Source: an uncultured bacterium
GTDB lineage: Bacteria; Bacillota; Clostridia; Oscillospirales; CAG-272
Reading direction: 5' to 3'
DNA length: 64,000 bases
Assembly: GCA_945920215.1 (NCBI GenBank)
Contig: CAMEJM010000003.1
Coordinates: forward strand, 65,115 to 129,114
The notes under the pieces were generated by a model. The model was not told the origin of the DNA. It made no database searches and saw nothing but the letters and a program-made list of their open reading frames with translations. The translations under genes and the position numbers were made by a program. Below are positions 43,603 to 52,228 of this stretch, piece by piece. Numbering within the stretch: position 1 is the first letter of the stretch; each line of letters begins with the position of its first letter.

Positions 43603-45831
43603 GTGACAGCCGACGAAATCTTTTCAAGGTTCCCACCGTTTATTCAGGACTATATTTACCGAAACTCGTGGCAGGAACTCCGCGAAGTGCAAATGCAAGC
43701 GGCGGAAGCCATTTTCACAACATCCGACAATCTGCTTCTGACTTCTTCCACTGCGTCCGGTAAAACCGAAGCGGCTTTTTTCCCGATTCTTGCCGACCTA
43801 TGGGAAAATCCACCGCAGGGCGGGGGCGTCAGCGTTCTGTATATTGCTCCTTTGAAAAGCCTGATAAACGATCAATTCGGACGGATGGAAGAGCTGCTTG
43901 ATATGAGTGGCGTAAGCGTATGCCATTGGCACGGCGACGTCTCCGGTTCCCAAAAAGCAAAACTGTTGAAGAACCCGGAGGGAATTCTGCAAATAACGCC
44001 GGAATCTTTGGAGAGCATTCTGATGCGGCGCTCCAACGATATTCCGCGCTTGTTTGCTTCTCTGCGCTATATCGTTATCGACGAAGTGCATACGCTGATC
44101 GGAACCGACCGCGGCAATCAAATCATTTGTCAGTTGTGCCGTATGGAACGCTTGCTCGGCTTTCGCGCGCGCCGCATAGGACTTTCCGCTACGATCGGCG
44201 ACCTCTCCGTTGCGGCAGATTGGCTGGAAGCGGGAAGCGCGCGGCACACAATCGCTCCCGTGCCGACACGGGAAAAACTGCACTGGCGGCTGGGCATGGA
44301 GCATTTTTATATTCAAAATTCCGTTGCGGCTCCCCTTCCTTCCGAAAGCGATGAGGGGGAAAATAAGCCTGCGCCACTTGACCCGGGATACGAATTCCTG
44401 TATGATACGGTGAAGGATAAAAAAGCGTTGGTGTTTTCAAACTCCCGCGAGGAAACCGAGTATACTACCGCCACATTACGTCAGATTGCGGAACGCAGAG
44501 GAGACGAGGACGTTTTTCTGATTCATCACGGGAACCTGTCCGCCGCTCTGCGCGAGGACGCGGAGATGAAAATGAAAGAGGAGAGCCCCCGTCCCGTCGT
44601 GACCTGCGCCACGGTTACCATGGAGCTTGGGATAGACATCGGACGTCTGGAACGGGTGGCGCAGCTCGGTGCGCCGACGACGGTCTCCGGCTTTTTGCAG
44701 CGCCTCGGCAGAAGCGGGCGCAGAAATGCGCCGCCTGAGATGATGATGGTCTTCCGGGAGGAAATGCCGCTTCCGAACGCACCGCTGCCGCAGTTGATCC
44801 CGTGGGAGCTTCTGCGCGCCATTGCGATCGTAGAGCTGTACAGTAAGGAGCGGTTTATTGAACCGCCTGTCAAGCGCCGTCTGCCGCTGAGCCTTGCATA
44901 CCATCAGACAATCAGTATCCTTGCTTCGGCAGGGGAGCTTCTTCCCAAACAGCTTGCCGACCGGGTTTTGTCGCTTCCGCCCTTTGCGCATATCAGCCGC
45001 GAGGATTACCGCACGCTTCTGATTTCAATGCTCCAAAACGATGATTTGGAGACGACGGAGCGGGGAGGCTTGATTGTCGGTCTGCGTGGCGAACGCCTGA
45101 TTTCCAGTTACAAGTTTTTTGCCGTGTTTAAGGACAGCGAGGATTATACGGTCCGCTGCCGTTCAGACGAAATAGGGACGATTACCAACCCGCCGCCCGT
45201 AGGAGACAGATTTGCCCTTGCGGGGCGCGTGTGGGAGGTCACCGAATTGGATATGCCGCGCCGACTGGTATACGTCCGCGGCGTCAGCGGTAAAATGGAG
45301 GTTTCATGGCCGGGCGACAGCGGGGAGATCCATACGCGCCTGCTCGAAAAGATGAGAGACGTGCTGTTCGGAACCGAGGAGTATCCGTATCTCTTGCCGG
45401 CAGCGCGTGAAAGGCTTGCCACCGCAAGACGTGTGGCAAATGCAACCGGGATGCGCGGCAATATGCTTGTGCATATCGGCGGGAGCAGTTGGGTGCTGTT
45501 TCCATGGCTTGGTACACGCCCGTTCCGTTGCCTTAAACGCTTCCTGAAACGGGAAGCGGGGCAGTTCGGTATTTCCGACATTCAAAGCGAGGGGTGTTGT
45601 TATATCACCTTTAAGGGAAAAGGAAATCTGCGGGCTTCGCTTCTTCCTGCCATGGCAGATCGGTTAAAACTGGAACCGCTCGACCCTTTGACATTGTTGG
45701 CTGATTCGGAATGCCCTGTATTTGATAAATACGACGATTATATACCGGCAGAACTTCTGAGAAAGTCCTATGCGCTGGATCGCCTTTCGGTTAATGAAAT
45801 GACGGAGCGTATTTTGGGAGAAAACACATGA
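43603..45831 (+). CDS. Lhr-like superfamily-2 DEAD/DEAH-box helicase (SngC-like)
   Basis: 742 aa, GTG start after AAAGGAGAG. Motifs: I SSTASGKTEAAF, II VIDEVHTL, III LSATIGD, VI FLQRLGRSGRR. A long C-terminal extension follows. Confidence 0.8.
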   Translation: MTADEIFSRFPPFIQDYIYRNSWQELREVQMQAAEAIFTTSDNLLLTSSTASGKTEAAFFPILADLWENPPQGGGVSVLYIAPLKSLINDQFGRMEELLDMSGVSVCHWHGDVSGSQKAKLLKNPEGILQITPESLESILMRRSNDIPRLFASLRYIVIDEVHTLIGTDRGNQIICQLCRMERLLGFRARRIGLSATIGDLSVAADWLEAGSARHTIAPVPTREKLHWRLGMEHFYIQNSVAAPLPSESDEGENKPAPLDPGYEFLYDTVKDKKALVFSNSREETEYTTATLRQIAERRGDEDVFLIHHGNLSAALREDAEMKMKEESPRPVVTCATVTMELGIDIGRLERVAQLGAPTTVSGFLQRLGRSGRRNAPPEMMMVFREEMPLPNAPLPQLIPWELLRAIAIVELYSKERFIEPPVKRRLPLSLAYHQTISILASAGELLPKQLADRVLSLPPFAHISREDYRTLLISMLQNDDLETTERGGLIVGLRGERLISSYKFFAVFKDSEDYTVRCRSDEIGTITNPPPVGDRFALAGRVWEVTELDMPRRLVYVRGVSGKMEVSWPGDSGEIHTRLLEKMRDVLFGTEEYPYLLPAARERLATARRVANATGMRGNMLVHIGGSSWVLFPWLGTRPFRCLKRFLKREAGQFGISDIQSEGCCYITFKGKGNLRASLLPAMADRLKLEPLDPLTLLADSECPVFDKYDDYIPAELLRKSYALDRLSVNEMTERILGENT

Positions 45832-46586
45832 AAAGCATTTACGCATTGCTCGCCCCGGTGTACGACCGACTGAACGAGGAAATAGACTACGAGAGTTGGG
45901 CGGACTATACCGGCGAAGTATTTTCAACCTATGCGAAGCGTGAGATCAAAATCGTTCTTGATTTGGGTTGCGGTACAGGCAGTATGACGCTGCCGCTTGC
46001 CCGCCGCGGATTTGATATGATCGGATTGGATCTTTCTCCCGAGATGCTCACCGTGGCGCGTACTCGCGCTGAGGAGGATCATCAGAACGATATTCTTTGG
46101 ACGATGCAAAGCATGACGGAGTTTGAGCTGATGAATCCGGTAGATGCCGTTGTCTGTACACTGGACGGCATCAATCATCTGACAAGCAAGCAAGATTTGG
46201 AAGCCTGTTTCGCTTGCGTGAACAGGTATCTCGCGCCCGGCGGCGTGTTCGTATTTGACGTGAACAGCCGAAGAAAGTTTGAAGAGATATACGGGGACGA
46301 GGTGTATGCCCTGGAGACGGAGGGCGCATTCTGCGTGTGGCAGAATACATACAGACCCTCCACGCATTTGTGCCGCTTTTATATCACCCTGTTTTCAGAG
46401 CGCGCAAACGGCTCCTATGGGCGAAGCGACGCAGTGCAGAGCGAACGCTACTACCCGCTTGCAACTTTGGAAAAAGCGCTTTCGGGAAACGGGATGAAAC
46501 TGCTTGCCGCATTCGGCGGACAGGATTGTCACGCGATTTGCCCGCAGGATGAGCGCTGGTATATTGTAGCCGGAAAGGCTGAATGA
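45828..46586 (+). CDS. Class I SAM-dependent methyltransferase (small-molecule/generic type)
   Basis: 252 aa. SAM motif I VLDLGCGTGSMTL and post-I acidic residue IGLDLS. The start ATG overlaps the helicase stop (ATGA). No DPPY/NPPY-type DNA methyltransferase motif was seen. Confidence 0.8.
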   Translation: MKSIYALLAPVYDRLNEEIDYESWADYTGEVFSTYAKREIKIVLDLGCGTGSMTLPLARRGFDMIGLDLSPEMLTVARTRAEEDHQNDILWTMQSMTEFELMNPVDAVVCTLDGINHLTSKQDLEACFACVNRYLAPGGVFVFDVNSRRKFEEIYGDEVYALETEGAFCVWQNTYRPSTHLCRFYITLFSERANGSYGRSDAVQSERYYPLATLEKALSGNGMKLLAAFGGQDCHAICPQDERWYIVAGKAE

Positions 46587-46595
46587 GGAGACAAA

Positions 46596-47549
46596 ATGGC
46601 ATTATCGAAACTGATGAGAGGTATGACCAGAGACGGCAGCGCCCGCGTACTGGTCATTGATTCCACCGAAATCGTACGGAGCGCGGCAGCGGTTCATCAT
46701 ACGTCGCCGACGGCAACGGCGGCACTCGGCAGACTTCTGACCGCAGCCTCCATGCTTGGTTCCATGATGGGAGAAAAAACGGACAGTCTTACCGTCGGCA
46801 TCAACGGAGACGGCGCGGCGGGCAAGATGATTGCCGTCGCCGACTACTACGGCAATGTGCGCGGATATATGGAGAATCCGGCAGTCGACCCGCCCGTCTG
46901 CGGAGACGGAAAATTGGATGTGGGCGGCGCTGTCGGACGAGGGGTGCTGTATGTCATCCGTTCGGAGGGGCAGGGAGAACCGCAGACGGGGATGATCGCG
47001 CTGAAGAGCGGTGAGATTGCCGAAGACATCGCTGCGTATTACGCCGAAAGCGAGCAGATTCCGACAGTATGCGCCCTCGGCGTACTGGTGGACAGGGATC
47101 GCACCTGCCGCGCCGCCGGCGGGGTGTTGATTCAACTGCTTCCTTTTCCTGCGGAGCAGACGGTTGCAAAGCTGGAGGAGAACGCGCGGAAGCTTACCAA
47201 TGTATCTTCCATGATTGACAGCGGTATGACGCCGCATCAGATCATGGAAAGCGTCATGGACGGCATTGCATACGACCCGTTTGATGAAATTGACGTGGAG
47301 TACCTCTGCACTTGTTCGCGGGAGCGCATGGAACGCGGACTTCTTTCGCTGGGAGAAAAGCAGGTACAGGACCTTCTTTCCGAGCAGTTGGCGGAAGGGA
47401 AACCGGACGCTCTGACCGCTACCTGCCGCTTCTGCAACGCGGAGTATACCTATACAAGAGCCGAGTTGGATGCGGGATTCAGAAAAATGAAAGAACAGCA
47501 GACGGCACAGGAAAACCTCTCGCCGGCAGATCAATCCGGGGTATCGTGA
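46596..47549 (+). CDS. hslO: Hsp33 family redox-regulated chaperone
   Basis: 317 aa. AAVHHTSPTATAALGRLLTAA plus the zinc-centre cysteines CTCS...CRFCN near the C-terminus. The RBS is GAGGAG. Confidence 0.9.
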   Translation: MALSKLMRGMTRDGSARVLVIDSTEIVRSAAAVHHTSPTATAALGRLLTAASMLGSMMGEKTDSLTVGINGDGAAGKMIAVADYYGNVRGYMENPAVDPPVCGDGKLDVGGAVGRGVLYVIRSEGQGEPQTGMIALKSGEIAEDIAAYYAESEQIPTVCALGVLVDRDRTCRAAGGVLIQLLPFPAEQTVAKLEENARKLTNVSSMIDSGMTPHQIMESVMDGIAYDPFDEIDVEYLCTCSRERMERGLLSLGEKQVQDLLSEQLAEGKPDALTATCRFCNAEYTYTRAELDAGFRKMKEQQTAQENLSPADQSGVS

Positions 47550-47641
47550 ATCCGGGATCAATGCCGCGCCGTGGAAATTCTGACAGAAGCGCAGGAAGCA
47601 ATCGAAACGAAAGACCGACAGACGTGAAAAGGAGTTATAAC

Positions 47642-48880
47642 GTGGAAAAACTATACGGAAATGCAATCGTAGGACAATCGGGAGGTCCCACTGCGGCAAT
47701 CAACGCAACTCTTGCGGGGGTCATCCGCGGAGCACAGACGGCAAGGGATTGCGGAGAGATGGAAACCCTTTACGGAATGTTTAATGGGATAGAAGGCTTT
47801 CTGCGGGAGGATTTTTGCGATTTGCTGACCGTCTTTGATGAGGAGCAGAAGATATCCGACCTGATTCATACTCCCGCCGCCGTGCTCGGTTCCTGCCGGA
47901 AAAAGCTGCCTTCGGATCCGAAGGATGAAATGTATGACAGGATATTTTCCCTGTTTTCCAAACATAATATCCGCTATTTCTTTTACATCGGCGGCAACGA
48001 TTCTATGGATACCGTCGCAAAGCTCAGTCGCGCTTCGGCTGAACGTGATTATGAAATCTGCCTTGTGGGAGTTCCGAAAACCATTGATAATGATCTTGAC
48101 GGCACCGATCATACTCCCGGGTTTGGTTCTGCCGCAAAATATATTGCGACAACTGTGGAAGAAATCATTCGGGATTGCAGCGTTTATACCGTTCCTGCCG
48201 TGACCGTCGTGGAAGTGATGGGCCGTGACGCCGGCTGGCTCACGGCGGCTTCCGCACTACCGTCTTTGGTATTCGGCGAAGGTCCCGATCTTGTCTATGT
48301 GCCTGAGAGAGTGTTTGACGTTGACGCTTTTCTCTCTGATGTGAAAGCGGCGCTCGCCCGCCACCCCAATGTGGTGGTGACCGTTTCGGAGGGGGTGCGA
48401 AACGCGGCAGGCGAATACGTAGGTTCTCTTGGGCAATCCGGCACAACAGACGTCTTTGGTCACAAATATCTTGCAGGAACCGGTAAGGTGCTGGAGCAAC
48501 TGGTGCGGGAGCATATCGGATGCAAGGTGCGCGCGATCGAGCTGAGTCTGCCGCAGCGCTGTGCCGGGCATTTGGCATCCGCTACCGACTTGGCTGAATC
48601 TGTACGGGTCGGACAGGGAGCTGTGCAAACGGCGCTTGAGGGAGGCACCGGCTGCGTTGTTACCATTCTTCGCAATGATGGCGCGGAATACGGTATAACC
48701 ATCGGGCACTCGGATGTCAATGCGGTTGCCAACCGTGTCCGCACTTTGCCTGAGACTTTCGTCAACGAAGCGGGCAACGGCGTGACGGAGGAATGCCTGC
48801 GCTATCTGCTTCCTCTTATTCAGGGAGAGGATACTCCGCGTTATGTAGACGGTTTGCCGTATCAGTTCAAATTGCGTTGA
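47642..48880 (+). CDS. pfp: Pyrophosphate-dependent 6-phosphofructokinase (PFK-A family)
   Basis: Track ORF 47312..48880 overlaps hslO. GTG 47642 follows AAGGAG (7-nt spacer) and gives MEKLYGNAIVGQSGGPTAAINA. GGNDS (Asp where ATP-PFKs have Gly) and PKTIDND (Lys where ATP-PFKs have Gly) are the PPi-type determinants. Confidence 0.85.
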   Translation: MEKLYGNAIVGQSGGPTAAINATLAGVIRGAQTARDCGEMETLYGMFNGIEGFLREDFCDLLTVFDEEQKISDLIHTPAAVLGSCRKKLPSDPKDEMYDRIFSLFSKHNIRYFFYIGGNDSMDTVAKLSRASAERDYEICLVGVPKTIDNDLDGTDHTPGFGSAAKYIATTVEEIIRDCSVYTVPAVTVVEVMGRDAGWLTAASALPSLVFGEGPDLVYVPERVFDVDAFLSDVKAALARHPNVVVTVSEGVRNAAGEYVGSLGQSGTTDVFGHKYLAGTGKVLEQLVREHIGCKVRAIELSLPQRCAGHLASATDLAESVRVGQGAVQTALEGGTGCVVTILRNDGAEYGITIGHSDVNAVANRVRTLPETFVNEAGNGVTEECLRYLLPLIQGEDTPRYVDGLPYQFKLR

Positions 48881-48916
48881 AATACGGGTTTTGCAGACGA
48901 GTGATCTAATTTTCGG

Positions 48917-48950
48917 AAAGGGGCGTACGACTTGCGCCCCTTTTGCTTTT
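48917..48950 (+). terminator. pfp terminator
   Basis: GGGGCG / CGCCCC stem followed by TTTTGCTTTT. Confidence 0.75.
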
Positions 48951-48969
48951 GACGGCGTTTTTTCGACAC

Positions 48970-48998
48970 TTGACTTTTTTTATACATGACACTATAAT
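48970..48998 (+). promoter_or_regulatory. Promoter of trkH-trkA
   Basis: TTGACT (48970..48975), 17-nt spacer, TATAAT (48993..48998). It is followed by a ~95-nt leader. Confidence 0.7.
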
Positions 48999-49095
48999 AT
49001 TGGCAACGTGCGTAAGTGGGTGAGGGAACTGCATCGGTTCTGCCGCGCACCGCCGCATAGGAGTTGTCTTAATTCTGTCACAAGGAGGGAAAGGC

Positions 49096-50436
49096 TTGAA
49101 AAAGCTTTTACGCAAGCTTACATCGACGCAGTTGATTGCGATATGCTTTCTTTGCTTGATACTGCTCGGTGCCTTGCTGCTGAAATTGCCGGTTTCCTCA
49201 GCCGACGGTGCTTCCGCGCCGTTTCTGACCTGCCTGTTTACATCTACCAGCGCTACCTGCGTCACCGGTCTTGTAGTTGCGGATACCTATATGCAATGGT
49301 CTGTATTCGGACAGATCGTTATTATTCTGCTGATCCAGACAGGCGGTCTTGGCTTTATGACGATCGTCTCGATCTTCTCGCTTCTCCTCCGACATCGTCT
49401 CGGTCTGTATGAACGTACTTTGTTGATGCGGACAACAGGGTTTCTGACCCACGGGGGCTTGACGCATTTGATACGGCGGGTCCTGTACGGTACCATGATT
49501 TTTGAGGGGGCGGGCGCTCTGCTGCTCTCTGTTCGTTTTATTCCGCGTATGGGTTTTTTCCGCGGGGTCTGGAACGCGGTGTTCCACAGCGTTTCCGCGT
49601 TCTGTAATGCCGGCTTTGACCTGATGGGCAAATACGGTGCGTATTCCTCAGTGACCCAATTCAGGGACGACCCGTTGGTATGTCTGACACTTTGCGCGCT
49701 TATCATCATCGGCGGGATCGGCTTTTTGGTTTGGGAAGATGTATACCGGAATGGCACGCACTTCAAGCGCTATCATCTGCACACAAAGATTTCCTTGGTC
49801 AGCACAGCCATTCTTCTATGCACCGGTACCGTTTTCTTCTTCATTCTTGAAAGAAATGCGACCATGAGCGGTATGAACTTCGGGGAGCATTTGCTTTCTT
49901 CGTTCTTCCTTTCCGTGACTTTCCGCACCGCCGGTTTCGACATTGTCGGCGTGTCCGGATTGTCTGACAGCTCTGTGTTTTTGGGTGTTGTGCTGATGTT
50001 TATCGGCGGTTGTCCCGGATCCACTGCCGGCGGTATTAAGACAACTACCGCCGCCGTGCTTTTGCTGGACGCACTTGCCTCTTCGACTCGCCGAGGAAAC
50101 GTCACGGTATTCAAGCGACGCATCGGTGACGATATCATCAAGCGGGCAGTTGCAATTGCCACCATCTATTTGGTAGTTATTGTGACCGCGACCATACTGA
50201 TCTGCGCGTTTGAACCTTACCCACTGAACCAAGTGCTGTTTGAGGTTACCTCTGCTATCGGTACGGTAGGTCTGTCCATGGGAATCACCTCTTCGCTTTG
50301 CGCTTTCTCCCGTTGTATTCTGATATTCCTGATGTACGCAGGCAGAATCGGCGGTATTTCGCTTGTGATGATTCTCGGACAGAAGAGCAGAAGCGCTCTG
50401 ACAGAGCGTCCGACGGAAAATATCCTGATTGGTTAA
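49096..50436 (+). CDS. trkH: TrkH/KtrB family potassium uptake membrane protein
   Basis: 446 aa, TTG start after GGAGGGAAAGG. It has repeated pore-loop motifs (TATCVTG, NAGFD, TAGFD, GGCPGSTAGGIKT, AIGTVGLS). Confidence 0.9.
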   Translation: MKKLLRKLTSTQLIAICFLCLILLGALLLKLPVSSADGASAPFLTCLFTSTSATCVTGLVVADTYMQWSVFGQIVIILLIQTGGLGFMTIVSIFSLLLRHRLGLYERTLLMRTTGFLTHGGLTHLIRRVLYGTMIFEGAGALLLSVRFIPRMGFFRGVWNAVFHSVSAFCNAGFDLMGKYGAYSSVTQFRDDPLVCLTLCALIIIGGIGFLVWEDVYRNGTHFKRYHLHTKISLVSTAILLCTGTVFFFILERNATMSGMNFGEHLLSSFFLSVTFRTAGFDIVGVSGLSDSSVFLGVVLMFIGGCPGSTAGGIKTTTAAVLLLDALASSTRRGNVTVFKRRIGDDIIKRAVAIATIYLVVIVTATILICAFEPYPLNQVLFEVTSAIGTVGLSMGITSSLCAFSRCILIFLMYAGRIGGISLVMILGQKSRSALTERPTENILIG

Positions 50437-50448
50437 AGGAGAGAAATC

Positions 50449-51102
50449 ATGAAATCCATCATAGTCATCGGCATGGGGCGTTTCGGTCGCCAGTTGGCAA
50501 AGAATATGCAGGAGCTCGGTAACGATGTCATGATCGTTGACCAGGACGAAGACATTATTGAGGAGCTTGCGGACAAGTTTACGGATTCTCACATAGGGGA
50601 TTGCACAAGCGAAGCGGTGCTTCGCTCGCTTTCGGTTGACAGCTTCGATATATGTTTTGTGACGATCGGTTCCAACTTTCAGTCCTCTTTGGTGATTACC
50701 TCGCTGCTCAAAAAACTCGGCGCGCGGTTTATCGTTGCCAAGGCAAAGCAGGATATTCAGGCGGAACTTTTGCATACAATAGGCGCCAACGAGGTGATTT
50801 ATCCCGATCGCGATATTGCGGAAAAATTAGCGGTGCGCTATAACGCAAGTAATATTTTTGACTACATTCAGTTGACCGATAAGTATGCCATTTATGAGAT
50901 TCCCGTGCCGGAGTCTTTAGTGGGGGTGACAATTAAGGACGCCGATATCCGTCGCAACTTTAATGTCAATATTATTGCAATCAAGCACGATAAGGTTCTC
51001 AACCCTGCGCCGGACGCGGAATATGTTTTTGAGGCGGGCGACGTATTAGTGGTGATCGGGCAGTCGGCGGACGTATTCCGTCTGGCAAGCATGACGGCCT
51101 GA
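50449..51102 (+). CDS. trkA: TrkA/KtrA family potassium uptake NAD-binding subunit
   Basis: 217 aa. VIGMGRFGRQLA Rossmann (RCK_N) start followed by an RCK_C region. Confidence 0.9.
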   Translation: MKSIIVIGMGRFGRQLAKNMQELGNDVMIVDQDEDIIEELADKFTDSHIGDCTSEAVLRSLSVDSFDICFVTIGSNFQSSLVITSLLKKLGARFIVAKAKQDIQAELLHTIGANEVIYPDRDIAEKLAVRYNASNIFDYIQLTDKYAIYEIPVPESLVGVTIKDADIRRNFNVNIIAIKHDKVLNPAPDAEYVFEAGDVLVVIGQSADVFRLASMTA

Positions 51103-51120
51103 TATGTAAAAACTGAAAGC

Positions 51121-51149
51121 AAAAAGGAGAGGAAGCCCTCTCCTTTTTT
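51121..51149. terminator. Bidirectional terminator between trkA and the convergent membrane-protein gene
   Basis: AAAAAGGAGAGG-aagc-CCTCTCCTTTTTT. Confidence 0.85.
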
Positions 51150-51187
51150 GTGTGTTAAACCGATGATTGTTTGTGAAATACGTGATA

Positions 51188-51643
51188 TTACGAATAGCGG
51201 TTCGTATAAGTCTGTTCTGCTTTGGGCTTTTCGGCACGCGGCAGATAAGACAGGTTTTTCTGATAATAGCCGACGGCGCGCAGAACCGGGAACAGAATCC
51301 CACAGACGACTGCGTAAATGAGAGTAAAAAGCAGAATGTAAATCAATATACTGTTTGCGTTTGCCGCAATCTTTCCGGTTTTGATAAAGAGGACCAGAAA
51401 GGAAATCAGGAGTGCGGCATACTGAACAAGGATTCGCAGAAGAATGTGTATAAAACGCAGTGCGTAGATTTCTCCGCTCAGGGAAATTAACATGGAAAAC
51501 GCGAAAATCAAAAGATACTGTGTGAGGGTTATCCCGTTCAAGTCACTGCCGACCGATGCAATCAGAAACATAAAAAGGGTAATCAGAGCGGTCAGCGCAC
51601 AACCGCGTACAAAGACCCTGCGGATCAATTTTAATGCTTTCAT
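51188..51643 (-). CDS. Hypothetical integral membrane protein (4 predicted TM helices)
   Basis: Track ORF 51188..51706. ATG 51643 (MKALKLIRRVF) follows GGAGG. The sequence is strongly hydrophobic and I recognise no family signature. Confidence 0.55.
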   Translation of the reverse strand: MKALKLIRRVFVRGCALTALITLFMFLIASVGSDLNGITLTQYLLIFAFSMLISLSGEIYALRFIHILLRILVQYAALLISFLVLFIKTGKIAANANSILIYILLFTLIYAVVCGILFPVLRAVGYYQKNLSYLPRAEKPKAEQTYTNRYS

Positions 51644-51751
51644 GGAAACCTCCGGCAGATTTGTCTTAATTAGATTATCACACCGAATGTAAAAATGCAA
51701 GCGCAAGGCAATGAAAAGCTGTATATTATTTGTAAATCCCGCCTTATCAAC

Positions 51752-51779
51752 TTGACAAGCGCATAAATAATTGTATAAT
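51752..51779 (+). promoter_or_regulatory. Promoter of the nusB operon
   Basis: TTGACA (51752..51757), 16-nt spacer ending in TG, TATAAT (51774..51779). Confidence 0.7.
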
Positions 51780-51814
51780 TAGTATGAATATACACTAATA
51801 AGGACGCCGAGGAT

Positions 51815-52228
51815 ATGACGAGAAAAGAAGAACGTGAACTTGCCTTTGCCATTCTGTTTGAATATGCTTTTGATTCCGGGGAAACACCCCTTTCCCATTA
51901 TGAAAAAGCGATCGAGACGCGCGGAGAGAAAGATTCCGCATATGTGCGTCGCGTGCTGGACGGGGTGGAGAAGAATCTCGGCTTGATTGACAGCGCTATC
52001 GACAGTTACGCACTCAACTGGAAGAAAGAACGTATTTCGCGCGTTTCCATGGCGGTGTTGCGTCTTGCCGCATACGAGATGTTCTATATGGAGGACGTGC
52101 CTTTGCGCGTATCTCTCAACGAAGCAATTGAACTCTCCAAAAAATACGATGACGAAAAGGCATACGGCTTTGTCAACGGGGTGTTGAACTCGCTTCTGCA
52201 CGATGAACGTGCCGTCGGTGAGAAATGA
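51815..52228 (+). CDS. nusB: Transcription antitermination factor NusB
   Basis: 137 aa. RELAFAILFEY..., ISRVSMAVLRLAAYEM and AIELSKKYDDEKAYGFVNGVL. Confidence 0.92.
   Translation: MTRKEERELAFAILFEYAFDSGETPLSHYEKAIETRGEKDSAYVRRVLDGVEKNLGLIDSAIDSYALNWKKERISRVSMAVLRLAAYEMFYMEDVPLRVSLNEAIELSKKYDDEKAYGFVNGVLNSLLHDERAVGEK

Noticed and set aside
47312-47641. N-terminal 110-codon extension of the phosphofructokinase ORF in the track (start at 47312).
   Set aside because: The extension overlaps the 3' end of hslO in another frame and translates to Arg/Gly-rich junk. GTG 47642, with AAGGAG 7 nt upstream, yields the canonical PFK N-terminus (MEKLYGNAIVGQSGGPTAAINA).
46602-47699. Minus-strand ORF of 365 aa.
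   Set aside because: It is antisense to hslO (clear Hsp33 motifs, including the Cys zinc centre). It is an Arg-rich shadow frame.
48999-49095. Possible c-di-AMP (ydaO/kimA-type) riboswitch in the ~95-nt trkH leader, since K+ uptake genes are often under that control.
   Set aside because: The leader is too short for the pseudo-symmetric ydaO fold, and I could not find the paired ACGGGG/CCCG-type conserved blocks. A covariance-model search would settle it.
49816-50775. Minus-strand ORF of 319 aa. A similar ORF lies at 55833..57017 (394 aa).
   Set aside because: They are antisense to trkH/trkA and to tlyA/nadK respectively, all of which carry diagnostic motifs. Neither has an RBS or a family resemblance.
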